From Octopus vulgaris (taxonomy: Eukaryota): a DNA stretch of 64,000 nt. The position numbers were made by a program, and so were the translations under genes. The stretch lies in contig OX597824.1 in the NCBI GenBank assembly GCA_951406725.2, forward strand, positions 6,634,001 through 6,698,000, in the 5' to 3' direction. The notes beneath the pieces were generated by a model, which saw nothing but the letters and a program-made list of their open reading frames with translations, ran no database searches and was not told where the DNA came from. Below, in pieces: positions 1-12,356 of the stretch. The first letter of the stretch is position 1; every line of letters starts with the position of its first letter.

Positions 1-425
1 GGCTGTGTGGTAAGTAGCTTGCTTACCAACCACATGGTTTCAGTTCCACTGCGTAGCACCTTGGGAAAGTGTCTTCTACTATAGCCCCGGGCCGACCAAA
101 ACTTTGTGAGTGGATTTGATAAACAGAAACTGAAAGAAGCCCGTCGTATATATATGCATATATATATATATATATACACACATGTATATGTATTTATGTA
201 TGTATGTATGTATGTATATTATTGTGTGTCAGTGTTTCTCCCCACCCCCACCATTGCTTGACAACCGATGTTGGTGTGTTTACGTCCCCGTAACTTAGCA
301 AAAGAGACCGATAGAATAAGTGCTAGGCAAACAAAGAATAAGTCCTGGGTGCTCCAGAACTAAAAGGCGGTGCTCCAGCATGGCCGCAGACAAAATGACT
401 GAAACAAATAAAGGAGTAAAAGAGT
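1..425 (+). mobile_element. tRNA-derived SINE with CORE-like domain (family A)
   Basis: ggctgtgtggtaag head, accttgggcaagtgtctt-type motif, internal (TA/TG)n, tail gctccagcatggcc. Other copies near 2225-2610(-), 13685-14270(-), 14845-15215(-), 20265-20410(-), 24740-25280(+), 38720-39112(-), 51343-51550(-) and 59985-60135(+). Confidence 0.85.
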
Positions 426-2224
426 GATCAACTCCGTCGATGTCACTGGTCTGGAAGAACCCACGAAGATCTACATCCCTTTCTTCCAGACCAATAACGA
501 ACAATTGTCTTTCATGAATTTTCTGCTCTGATTGAGGTTGGCACATTTCTTCAGCCACTTCTCAGGTCAATATCCTTTCAAAAATTGTGTAGCACCTTCT
601 TGAGTGTTTCAACTGTACGTTGTGCCCACTATAAAGATGATGGTTATCTATATACCCGACACGATTGATGATAACTCCGTTGTAGCACTCTGTCTCGTGT
701 AGCATTTTAAGCAAGATGCAAGTATGCATGTGTAGTTAAGAAACACAATACGCAATCTCGATCCAGCTTCGGTTCCACCGCACGCCATCTTGGCTGACTT
801 TATTTAGAGACATAGGTTCAAGCAGATTGTTATTTCTAGCAGGTCATCATCTCGTGACAGCTCTGTCGACGTCGGGAGCCGTATGAACTTTACGCAACAC
901 CATTTCTGTTTTCAAAAAGAAATATGTTAATAGTCTTTTTTTCTTGGTGATTTATAATTCTTACATAGAATGACTGACACACTTTGCAAACAGACACGCT
1001 TTTGACCTCGAGTTCCTAAAAGTTGGGTATCTCTCCTGATTCAGGACTCAGTATCGATTTTCCTTCAGTTGCCTATAAAACGCTACATATTACGATTTTA
1101 TAGCGTTTTTCTCTCAGCAACCTAACATGCCATATTTCTCGTTTAGAATTAATTTGTCAATATTTTAACAAGAAGTGTGAAACGCTTTCTATTCCGCTCA
1201 TATTTTCATTGCAGCAACTTAGTTACTTCCTGGATTTATACGTAGAATTTTCTCCTGATTTTATCCAATTCTTAGTTATTAATAATACAGTTTTATTCTA
1301 TCGTGTTTCGTTTTTTTTTATTTTACATGTCACGCATAGAAGCTTTATCGTCGCTGTTTAATACCAACCAATTCGGCCCTAATGGAGCAAATATAGGATC
1401 AAAAGCTTTTAAGCTGTTATAGCTTTTCCGCCCTCCCTCCTACCAGCATGTCGTAGTTGTTGCTCATAATTAATTTGTTAATATTTGAGTCAGATGTTTG
1501 GAATTTTATATATTCCAGCCGAAAATGCATGGCAACAGCCTGGTTACTTCTTGGATTAAGGCGGTAAAATCTCTTAAGAGCGTCGTGTAAAATGCCATGT
1601 GATATTCGTTTTGGCACTCTGGGATTTCAGTTCAAATCCAGCCGAGTCGAGGTCAACCTCTTTCATTCTTCCAGATTCGATAAATAAAGTACCAGCCTAA
1701 TACTAAGACCATTCTCTCTCTCTCCCTCTCTCTGTGTTCCTTTGGTTTTTTTCTCTCTGAATTTTACATACAATTCTAAAGTCCAGCACTTTGTGTCATA
1801 CCAATTCAGCGTAAGACTTATGTGAAAGATACACAGGTGTCTGAAGAACAACCAGACACGTATACAGTAATATCCCATGTACGATTTCGGTTCGTCAAAC
1901 AAATGAACGCTCGACGACGAAATTTTAAAATTAGCTATCACTGCCCCATGAGAAAGGAAAACGACAAGGATTTCGATGGTTTTTCTCCCTTTTATTATGA
2001 GTATTCCTGTGTTTCATACAAGAATTGCGATTCTGTAAGTTTTTTTTTCTCTAAAATTTCGGATTTTTCACACTCCACCCTCTCTCGCGCGCGCAATGCC
2101 TTAAATGCCGTCCTCTTCCTTCCTTATGAGGTGGTTATAGCCATATTCACAAACTTCGTTTTCTTACCATCGAAATCGACGGAGACTCCACCACTTACTA
2201 CATAGTCATTATTTCTACTCTCTT

Positions 2225-2610
2225 TACTCTCTTTTACTTGTTTCAGTCAATTGAATGTGGCCATGCTGGAGCACCGCCTTTAGTCGAACAAATCGACCCC
2301 AGGACTTATTATTTATAAGTCTCTTTTGTATCGTTCTATTTTGCCGAATCGCTAAGTTACGGGGACGTAAACACACCAGTATCGGTTGTCAAGCGATGTT
2401 GGGGAGACAAACACAGACACGCAGACATATACACACACATACATACATACACAATATATATATACATATATACGACGGGCTTCTTCCACTCAGAAGGCTT
2501 TGGTCGGCCTGAGACTATAGTAGAAGACACTTGCCCAAGGTGCCATACAGTGGGACTGAACCCCAAACCATGTGGTTCGTAAGCAAGCTACTTACCACAC
2601 AGCCACTCCT
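2225..2610 (-). mobile_element. SINE family A copy
   Basis: Reverse complement of 1-425. Confidence 0.85.
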
Positions 2611-3387
2611 ACGTCTAGCTACTTACCACACAGCCACTCCTACTCTAGTCACAAGGCCTGAACTTTATCGACCTCGAAAGGATGAAAGACAAAGTCGATC
2701 TCAGTGACATTTGAACTTAGAACATTAAGTCGGAAGAAATGTCGTTAAGCACTTTATCCGGCGTGCAAACGATTCTCTTAGCTTATCGCTTTTAAGTCTG
2801 TCCGTTTAAGTTTCATGTTTCTAGCTTCTGCACCGTTTCCTTTCATATAACAATAAAACCTCCCAGAAGTCCTGTTTTCCTTTGTCGCTGCTGTCTGGTT
2901 TCCACTTTATTTATATTCATTAATCTAGGGAATTAGTTTTTAACACAACTCTTGTAAAATTTAGTCTACCAAATTCTTCATAGTTATACAAAATTCGTTT
3001 GATTTTCTTTCTTTAACCAATTTTTCTTTAGTAATATTATATTTTGCACTAACAATAATTCTTTTACGCCACGCAGGAGGTTTGTTGTTGTTGTTGTCGT
3101 TTTCGTCGTCGTCGTCGTCGTCATCATCATCATCATCAAGTAAAGCACCGATGAAATAAGTTTATACTCAAGTTATAGCCATCACTATCTTCCTTTTTTC
3201 TTTTTCCGAAATAATAAATCCCGAAGACTAAAGGAAATAGTTTGGGTAGATTTGGTTACTATCTTTAGCAAAGTAAGCAGCCACATTGAGGTGCCAAAGT
3301 TGGTTTAGCATAATCTCTCTAATTAACACAGGCTGGCTATTTTCTCGTACAAGCATTTACACACAATCTATGTTGTGTATGCACGAG

Positions 3388-3435
<48 letters not shown>

Positions 3436-3444
3436 TCAGTTTAA

Positions 3445-3851
3445 AATATACGAAGCCCAGTATACCCATCATGACTACCCGTCTGATAAGAGTACACTAG
3501 GCACATGCATCACAACCATATGTGCACGACATGGTGATCTCATATAAAGATAAACAGCACATAACCTTGCAGGTGGAGCCCAGTTAGAATTTTCTTCTGG
3601 TCGAGTAGCCCATCCTGCTCAAAAGGTCCCTGAATAAGGGTTGTTTAAGGATGTTGAACGAAACACCCAGGTTTCCCCACTGCCAGGTGGTAATACTCGA
3701 CATTCTATCCCTGTTCTCTGCACTCTTCGATTAGTTTTTTCGTACCTCTTCTCCTTTCGTTTCTCTGCATTGCCGATGTTCTCTTCCCATGGCACTGTCA
3801 GTTCTAGCAAAATTCCTATTCTCCGTTCTCTGTTCCATAGGACTAAATCTG
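3445..3851 (-). mobile_element. HERO-like RLE-LINE 3' fragment
   Basis: DLVLWNRERRIGILLELTVPWEENIGNAEKRKEKRY fits the PD..ELTVPWEE..RK..KY endonuclease motif. Confidence 0.75.
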
Positions 3852-3852
3852 T

Positions 3853-3908
<56 letters not shown>

Positions 3909-4361
3909 AGATATTCTATCAGTAATTAAAAGAGAACCAGGTGATTTGTTTTTTTCCAAGGTCGCCTCACCCATTGATCACTGTGGTAGTAAACACATAT
4001 TTAACATCTGCTGTAAAGATTACCCGCTCCTTTTGTGTAAGCCAGATCCGTTGCTGATCTTGTCACCATCTGTTGAACCTGTTCACAGACTGGTGGTATT
4101 AGGCTGTGTTTTTTAATTTTACCAAGCTACTTATCTTCCGCCTGCTGTTCCTCTATCCCCCGCGTATTAATGATTATCTCAAGTACAATATAAACGTCGA
4201 AACTATAAACCTTTAATAATAATACTCAGTAATAGGAGCAAAGATGGCAGACTTAACTGGATTCTGCAGCAGCTCATAACAACCATGATAATCGCTACCC
4301 TGTTGCCATGGCTATAAAGGCTGACCGCAATGATACCAGGCCATGGTGGTATTGGTGCTAC

Positions 4362-4589
4362 AGCGAGCTGGCAGAATCGTTAGCACGCCGGGCGAAATGC
4401 TTAACAGTATTTCGTCTGCCGCTATGTTCTGAGTTCAAATTCCGCCGAGGTCGACTTTGCCTTTCATCCTTTCGGGGTCGATTAAATAAGTACCAGTTAC
4501 GCACTGGGGTCGATATAATCGACTTAATCCATTTGTCTGTCCTTGTTTGTCCCCTCTGTGTGTAGCCCCTTGTGGGTAGTAAAGAAATA
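4362..4589 (+). mobile_element. tRNA-derived SINE with Meta/MESC-like central domain (family B)
   Basis: gagctggcagaa head, gagttcaaattcc B box, gtcgactttgcctttcatcctttcggggtcga core, 13-bp TSD ggtattggtgcta. Further copies near 6834, 9445(-), 10750, 16540(-), 30388, 41750(-), 46668, 54582, 60212 and 60887. Confidence 0.88.
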
Positions 4590-4959
4590 GGTATTGGTGC
4601 TAACTAACGATGGTCACTGCTGCTATAACAGTAAGCTAGAAGTACACGTAACAGTAATAATGGCGTAGTTGACAGTAGTAGCTGAGATTATAACCGTCTC
4701 TACGTCTGGGACACGGGGCTCAAATACTAATGATTTTAATGTAGCACAAAAATGTCTTACGAAACGGAAACAAAAATTACAACAGTACACCAAATCGCTT
4801 GTCCTATGGATAAGCTCGAAGCACATCCAGCCTGGGGTCAAAAAAATCATCCACTGACACAAGCTTTTCTCTGAATAGGAACCTGGATAATCACTTGAAC
4901 GGGAACTTCCTCAACTCGATCCCTCCAAGTTCACCAAACGAGCCACCACAGAATGAGAA

Positions 4960-5560
4960 CTGTAAGAGAATCAAAAGGACTCGAGAAATAATATACGTTT
5001 GTTACTGCGCTTATTAAGTAGCCCTTCAGAAGAGAAACACGCCGCACACTCGTATCAAATATGGAGAATACGAAATCAAGACAGCAGACGATATTTGGAC
5101 AAAAACAGGTGAGCAAATATTAGGAGGGATATCTTTAGAAATAATAAACTCACTGATAGTGGATTAACCGCGATCAGACACGCAGCGGAGAATGAGTTAG
5201 ATATAAAACAGGAAGGAAATAAAGAATCAGACGAAGAGAACAACCCTGCACGAGTCTCAACTGAAAGACCGCCATCTGACCAGAACCTGTAAATGTCTGA
5301 AGAAATAAACTGTAATGAACCTGATAACGATAGTGACGAAAGAGGTAAAGAAACAGTATTTGAAGACCATATATTTGGTGAAGAATACTAAAAGAAATGA
5401 AACAGAAAATCCTGGATAAGCTTGCAGTTGTAAGGCATGCCAATGTGCATGATGGAGAACCACATACACTCGTAAATGCAATAAAAATTTTAAAATAAAT
5501 TAAAATTAACAACTATGTAACAAAAGGAATCATGCAAGATCTAAAACCTCATCTCACTGA

Positions 5561-5562
<2 letters not shown>
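4960..5562 (+). mobile_element. Decayed N-terminal region of an R4/Dong-like element
   Basis: REIIYVCYCA...YQIWRIRNQDSRRYLDKNR*ANIRRDIFRNNKLTD resembles the R4/Dong N-terminal domain. Ends at (ATT)n. Confidence 0.6.
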
Positions 5563-5627
<65 letters not shown>

Positions 5628-5629
5628 GT

Positions 5630-5990
5630 AGTGTTATTTTTATCAGGTACTTTCACTTCACTACCGAGCGCAGCTGTGTGTGCCTTGAGTATGTGCTGTG
5701 GTTTGTTGTGATGCTCTTATTTTTACTGTATTGAAAGTGTTTTACGTCGGATGTGTGCGGTGCCTAGTAGTGCTAGTTTTGTATGTTATATTACTTGTTA
5801 GTCCTGATGTTTTTGTTATGCATTTATCTGAATATTTTTATCATATCTAACGCACGTACTATGATAGGAATTGTTTCTGTTTTTAGACTCCACATTCGAG
5901 TAACCTCTATTTCCAGGTCTTTGTATTTTGAAAGTTTCTCCATTTCTTTTTAGAGAAACGTTGTCATCTGTTGGCATTGATACATCGATT
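5630..5990 (-). mobile_element. R4/Dong-like 3' fragment, third subfamily
   Basis: VSLKEM.KLSKYKDLEIEVTRMWSLKTETIPIIV...LLGTAHILRKTLSIQ, frameshifted, between (TAA)n tracts. Confidence 0.82.
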
Positions 5991-6025
5991 TATTATTATA
6001 TTAATATTATTATTATTATTATTAT

Positions 6026-6069
<44 letters not shown>

Positions 6070-6597
6070 TTGAGTGAGAGAGCAGTGCATGCCATCAAAG
6101 TGACACTATGGTAAAATATACGAGGCCCAGTATACCCATCTGATAAGGGTACACCAGGCATATGCATCACAACCATATGCGCAGGACATGGTGATCTCAT
6201 ATCAAGATAAACAGCGCATGACCTTGCAGGTGGAGGCCAGTTCGTAATTTCTTCGGGTTAAGTAGCCCATCCCGCTCAAATTATCCCTGAATAAGGGTCG
6301 TTTAAGGATGTTGAACGAAACACCTATGTTTCCAGAGGTGAATTATTCAAACCCCAAAGAATTCCTCTCAACACATGGCTATGATGCTCCCCCACTACTT
6401 CTGCTCATGATCAGAATTGCAGATATCGTCAACCACTAAGGGACATTGCTCAACTGGTTAAGGTCAAACAACTGACAAGCAAATCTATAGTACTGAGCAG
6501 AATATTTGCTGTAGCCCATCTTTTATACCAAGACAAAACAATGTACATGATAACACCTCCAATCAGTTACGATCAGAAACCCTGTGAGCCACTGCCT
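6070..6597 (-). mobile_element. Non-coding ~530-bp retroposon in (TAA/TAG)n
   Basis: Near-identical to 40115-40657, and its 3' part is shared with 3445-3676. Confidence 0.8.
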
Positions 6598-6615
6598 TAT
6601 TGTTATTATTATTAT

Positions 6616-6653
<38 letters not shown>

Positions 6654-6695
6654 TCATTATTATTATTATTTTTACTATTATTATTATTATTATTG

Positions 6696-6739
<44 letters not shown>

Positions 6740-6749
6740 GTCATTATTA

Positions 6750-6834
<85 letters not shown>

Positions 6835-7046
6835 AGGCGGTGAGCTGGCAGAATCATTAACACGTTAGACAAAATGCTTTGCGGTATTCCGTCTACAGTT
6901 ACGTTCTGAGTTCAAAATCCGCCGAGGTCGACTTTGCCTTTCATTCTTTCGGGGTCAATAAATTAAGTACCATTGGAGTACAGGGGTCGATATAATTGAC
7001 TGAACCCCTCTCCCAAATTTCAGGCCTTGTGCTTATAGTTGAAAGA

Positions 7047-7109
<63 letters not shown>

Positions 7110-7110
<1 letters not shown>

Positions 7111-8125
7111 CTTCAAATGTTGTTCCGTTTCTCGCCGAGTGATTTTCGTACACCTAGGGCAGAGAAGCTCATTTTATGCATTCCCAAATTATACACGCAA
7201 ATTCGCAGGTAAAATATGTATTTAAAAAATTAATAAATAAATAAATTCATGGATGGATGTTGTTTTCACAGTGATAATGCTCTTCTCAGTACATGAGTCC
7301 GTTCCAATTAACACGATTTTTTGCTCTTCCTGTAGGGATGGTAAGCCTGGTATCTTTTTCAAATAGGTTTCAGTACCTTTTTTTATCATTCCTAGAGATC
7401 CTACAATCACTGGTACTGTAGTCGCCTTGAGATACCACATTTTTTCAATTTCTATTAGCAAGTCTTTATATTTACTAATCTTGTCAAATTCTTTCGCCAC
7501 TGTTATATTGTGATCGCAAGGAATACTCATATCAATTAATAAACACACCTTTTTTGTCTGATCTTTTATAATAATGTCCGGTTTTTTAGCTTTTATAGTC
7601 CTGTCGGTCTGCACGGTGTAGTCCCATAGAATCGACACATTTTCTCCCTCAGTCACAGCTTCAGGATGTTGTTTATACCATTTGTTAGCGGTTTTGATTT
7701 TATAATACCGACATATTGTTCAATGTAAATACTGGCCGACTCTGTCATGTCTTGCTTTATATTCTGCAGGTGCTAAGACTCTACACCCGGAGATGAGGTG
7801 GTCTATTGTTTCAATCTCATCGTTACAGAATCGGTATTTTGTGTCAGCACCATTTTTTATCATATTGGCTTGGTAGTTCCGGGTTAATAAGCTTTGGTCT
7901 TGAGCAGCTAATATGAAACCTTCACTCTCTGCTTTTAGCCCTGAGCTTCGTAAACATTGATGCATGTGTTTCTGGTCGACATCAGCTTGTTTGCTATGGG
8001 CCACATACTTGCCATGCAGAGGATTCTGTTCCCATCTGCTAGCTAATTTTTCATGTGCTTTTGTCTATGCAATTAATTTTCTTCTCTTTGCAGCAGCAGT
8101 TGGCGTATTTTCTTCAACCTGGTTA
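7110..8125 (-). mobile_element. R4/Dong-like non-LTR retrotransposon 3' fragment (CCHC region plus restriction-like endonuclease)
   Basis: ESEGFILAAQDQSLLTRNY..(Y)RFC..ETIDHLISGC..YKARHD and KPDIIIKD..LLIDMSIP..KEFDKISKY. Both ends lie in (TAA)n and the ORF is broken. Confidence 0.9.
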
Positions 8126-8180
<55 letters not shown>

Positions 8181-8760
8181 GATTTTTCCTTCTTTCTTCA
8201 AATTTTCTTCCGTTTCTCGCCGAGTGTTTTCCATACACCAAGAGCAGAGAAGCTCATTGTATGCATTCCCAGATTACACGCGCAAATTCACAGATAAAAT
8301 ATGTATTTAAAAATTAATAAATAAATAAATTCATGGATGGATGTTGTTTTCACAGTGATAATGCTCTTCTCAGTACATGAGCCATTCCAGGTAACACGAT
8401 TTTTGCACTTCCTGTAGGGATGGTAAGCCTGGAATCACTTTCAAATAGGTTTCAGTACCTTTTTTTTATCATTGCTAGAGATCCTACAATCACTGGTACT
8501 GTAGTCGCCTTGAGATGCCACATTTTTTCAATTTCTATTAGCAAGTCTTTATATTTACTAATCTTGTCAAATTCTTTCGCCATTATATTGTGATCGCAAG
8601 GAATACTCATGTCAATTAATAAACACACCTTTTTTGTCTGATCTTTTATAATAATATCCAGTTTATTAGCTTTTATAGTTTTGTCGGTATGTACGGGGTA
8701 GTCCCATAGAATCGACACATTTTCTCCCTCAGGCACAGCTTCAGGATGGTGTTTATTCCA
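8181..8760 (-). mobile_element. Second, shorter copy of the same R4/Dong-like family
   Basis: Near-identical to about 7110-7680, including the 3' UTR. Bounded by (TAA)n. Confidence 0.9.
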
Positions 8761-8789
8761 TTATTATTATTATGATTATGATTATTATT

Positions 8790-9267
8790 ATTCTATGTTT
8801 GACTTTTGCTTTACATTTGTACAAGTTGACTCCAAGTCTCACCCAGAGACCTCAAGAGACAACAAGTTGGAAGTTCGTGTTGGTGTTATGCCTAGGGTGC
8901 CATATATTTGGTTTTGTACTTAGTGTTGTACTAGTGAAAGCCTAAAAAAAAACCATACGAAAATTATGTTTGTTTTAAAACTTGGGATTACATAGAAAGT
9001 ATTTTGCGTAGGATATGAGCAGTTCCCATGAGCACTATCTTTTGAATTTCTGCCATTTTGGGGTTTTCAGGTATCTGTGCTAGGTAGCAATCAGCCCATT
9101 TTGCTATCATTCCCAGGGCACCTATGACAACAGGTATTGTTTTAGTCTTCAGGTTCCACATTCTGCTGATTTCTATTCCAAGATCTTTATATTGGTAGGT
9201 CTTGACAGATACGTTTATATCGATTGGGACAGTCATATCAATGAGGAGGCATGTTCTTTGTCTGAAG

Positions 9268-9270
<3 letters not shown>
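8790..9270 (-). mobile_element. R4/Dong-like 3' fragment, different subfamily
   Basis: TCLLIDMTVPIDINVSVK..YKDLGIEISRMW..IPVVIGALG..IQKIVLMGTAHILRKILS. Bounded by (TAA)n. Confidence 0.88.
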
Positions 9271-9320
<50 letters not shown>

Positions 9321-9778
9321 CCTTTCTTTATTAGCCACAAGGGCTGAACACAAAAACAAAAACGGACAATACAAAAACAAGGGACAGAGGGGTTTGACAT
9401 AAAAACTTAAGTAAACACTAACAAAAAACAAGAAAATTTTCTTCTGTTGGCACAAGGCCAGTAATTTCAGGGATGGGAGTCAGTGGATTGCATCATCCCC
9501 AATGTTCCACGAATACTTTTTTTATTATCGACCCAAAAGGATGAAATGCAAAGTCGACCTCAAATTCGGCGGAATTTGAACTCAGAACGTAAAAAGCCAG
9601 ACGAAACGCTGCTAAGCATTTTGCTCGGCATACTAACGAATCTACCAGTTCATCGTCTCAATGTTAATTATTGATTTCCAAGTTTGGCACAAGGTCTGCA
9701 ATTCCGGAGGAAGAGTAAGTCGATTGCATCGACCCTAGGGCTCAACTACTGCTTATGTTATCGATCACCAAAAGGATG

Positions 9779-10212
9779 TGTAGTGACGCCATCTTGGAAA
9801 TCTCCAGCACGCATACGCAGGGTTGGAATCTTCCGGAAGGCCTGCCGAAAGTTCCCTCATGCGCATGCGCAGAAAACTAGCAGTAACGAAATTCTCTGGT
9901 ATCTCTCTCTTTTGGTCGCTAGCAGCTGAACGATACAGATGTGTCCCCAGCAGCTCCTTCGAGCTGCTACCTCGTGACGCATCCCCGCTATGCTTGAACC
10001 GGCAGGATTGACTCACTCCTCTTGACTACTGCCAATAAGCTCCTAGGTTGCCGATTCGCCCAGAGGAAGGAAATGTTTATATTGCGAATCAAAGAATAAA
10101 ATATTTATACTGTTGAAGTTAACGGAAAATCTTGACTCTTTCTTCAATTAATATTTAATGTAAAGGATGCGAGCAGCACCCATCCAGTGCGGGAATCTCT
10201 CATCTTGTTACA
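9779..10212 (+). mobile_element. Solo LTR (434 bp) inserted in a SINE
   Basis: TGTA...TACA termini, 4-bp TSD GATG (9775-78 and 10213-16), AATAAA near 10096. It interrupts the SINE motif aaaggatg|aaaggcaaagtcga. Confidence 0.85.
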
Positions 10213-11715
10213 GATGAAAGGCAAAGTCGACTTTAGTGGAATTTGAACACGGACCGTAGCGACGGGCGAAATGCCGCTAAGCCATTTCGCCCGGCGTACT
10301 ACAGATTCTGCCAGTTCATTGCCTTAGGAATGTTAATTATTAAAAGGACCACTATTATGTCTGTGCATTATACTTCTTGTGTCTCCGTAGGAGGATATTT
10401 AGATTCTCCAGTCTCTTTTATTAATAATATTTCTGCCCACTTGACATGACAAGCCAATTAAAGTATATTTATTTTTACCAACTTTCATAACTTAATTCAA
10501 TAACATTTCCAGACTGCTTTCTCTCCAGTTATTTGCGAAACTTTTCAGACAAACTTAGTCTCCATTATATAAAACATGACCGTCTAACAGAAGTGTCCGG
10601 TTGCATGACTATGCTCTGGCTAATAATTGTGGTTAATAGCTACATCGACAACACTGTAGGACGTAACATATATTCGTTTATTTGTTGCCGTCGTTGCATT
10701 GCGGTCGTTTCCATCGTGGTTGCGAAGTGAACGTCTTATCCACACAACCACGTTTTCATTCTTTCGGGGTCGATAAATTAAGTACCATTTGAGTACAGGG
10801 ATCGATATAATCTACTTAACCCCTCCCCAAATTTCAGGCCTTGTGCTTATAGTAGAAAGGATTGTTATTATTCGAGCGAGGTCACTGCCAGCACCACCCG
10901 ACCGGTCCCCGTGCCGGTGGCACGCAAAAAGCACCCACCACACTCTCGGAGTGGCCGGCGCCAGGAAGGGCACCCAACTGCAGAAACTCCGCCAGACCAA
11001 GACTGGAGCCCGGCGCAGCCATCCGGCTCGCCAGCCCCCAGTCAGGAAGTCAACGATCTTTAAACTGCAGTTGAAAAACCTTCAGGTTCAGTTCTCAGCT
11101 TCGGGGTTTTATCCGGGGCTCATAGGTTTTTTTTTCTTTAATCAAGTGCAAGTGACAGTAGTCAGGACCCTTTAAAGGGCTTATGAGACTGCTGAGAGGA
11201 AGGGAGGGAGGGCAACAGGTATTCTCAACCCGGAGACCTAGCCCGAATGATCGCAACAGAATTATGAGGACACGGGTTCCAACTGATCTGACCAACGGAA
11301 CAGTCTACTTGTCAAATTAACGTGCAAGTGGCTGAGCACTCCACAGACACGTGTACATTTAATATAGTTCTCAAGGAGATTCAGAATGACACACTTTGTG
11401 GAAAGACTGGCCTTTGAAACACAGGTACGACTTTCTTTTGCTTCTGTTTAAGAGAAGATTTTATTGAGCTGTTAACATGTGTGTCTATGCGTCATAAATA
11501 TGTCAACACCTCAATAAAATCTTCTCTTAAACATTCTATTCGGTTGTGTCTCTGCTTTTACTTCTGGCACTTGTACTCATTCATACTTTTCGTATTTATT
11601 GTAATCGACCGTGTGGTGTACTAGGGGAGCCATTCTCGTCACCCCTCCTTCAAAAGGTCGTTCTACAAATGGTGACCCCAACGTGATGATGCGTCTCCAT
11701 GTGGCTGCTGTTGTG

Positions 11716-12218
11716 ACCAAAAATTTTGACCAAAATTTAAAAAAAAAATTTCCAAAAATTTTGACCAAAAATTTTCAAAAAATTTTGACCCAAAATTTTC
11801 AAAAAAATTTTTCAAAAAATTTTGACCAAAAATTCTCAAAAAATTTTGACCATAATTTCCAAAAAAATTTTTCAAAAAATTTTGACTAAAAATTTTGACT
11901 AGAAATTTTCGAAAAATTTTTCAAAGAATTTTGACTAAAAATTTTCAAAAAATTTTTCGAAAAATTTTTATTAAAAATTTTCAAAAAAATTTTCAAAAAA
12001 ATTTTTCGAAAATTTTATTAAAAATTTTGAAAAAATAAAAATTTTCGAAAAATTTTGACCAAAAATTTTCGAAAAATTTTGACTAAAAATGTTCAAAAAA
12101 TTTTTACCAAAATTTTTCCAAAAATTTTGACCAAAAATATTCAAAAAAATTTTTCGAAAAATTTTGACCAAAAATTTTCAAAAAATTTTCAAAAAAATTT
12201 TTCAAAAAATATAATTTT
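11716..12218. repeat. AAAATTTT-core satellite
   Basis: About 500 bp of ~12-13-bp units such as aaaattttgacc, aaaattttcaa and aaaattttcga. Confidence 0.9.
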
Positions 12219-12321
12219 CTTAATCAGATTCTTGGGCTCAGCTGGCATCATTATTTAAATGGTAATACCTCTCTTTCTATCCCTCCAAAACACTCACCTT
12301 CTCCTTATATATGCGTGTATA

Positions 12322-12356
<35 letters not shown>

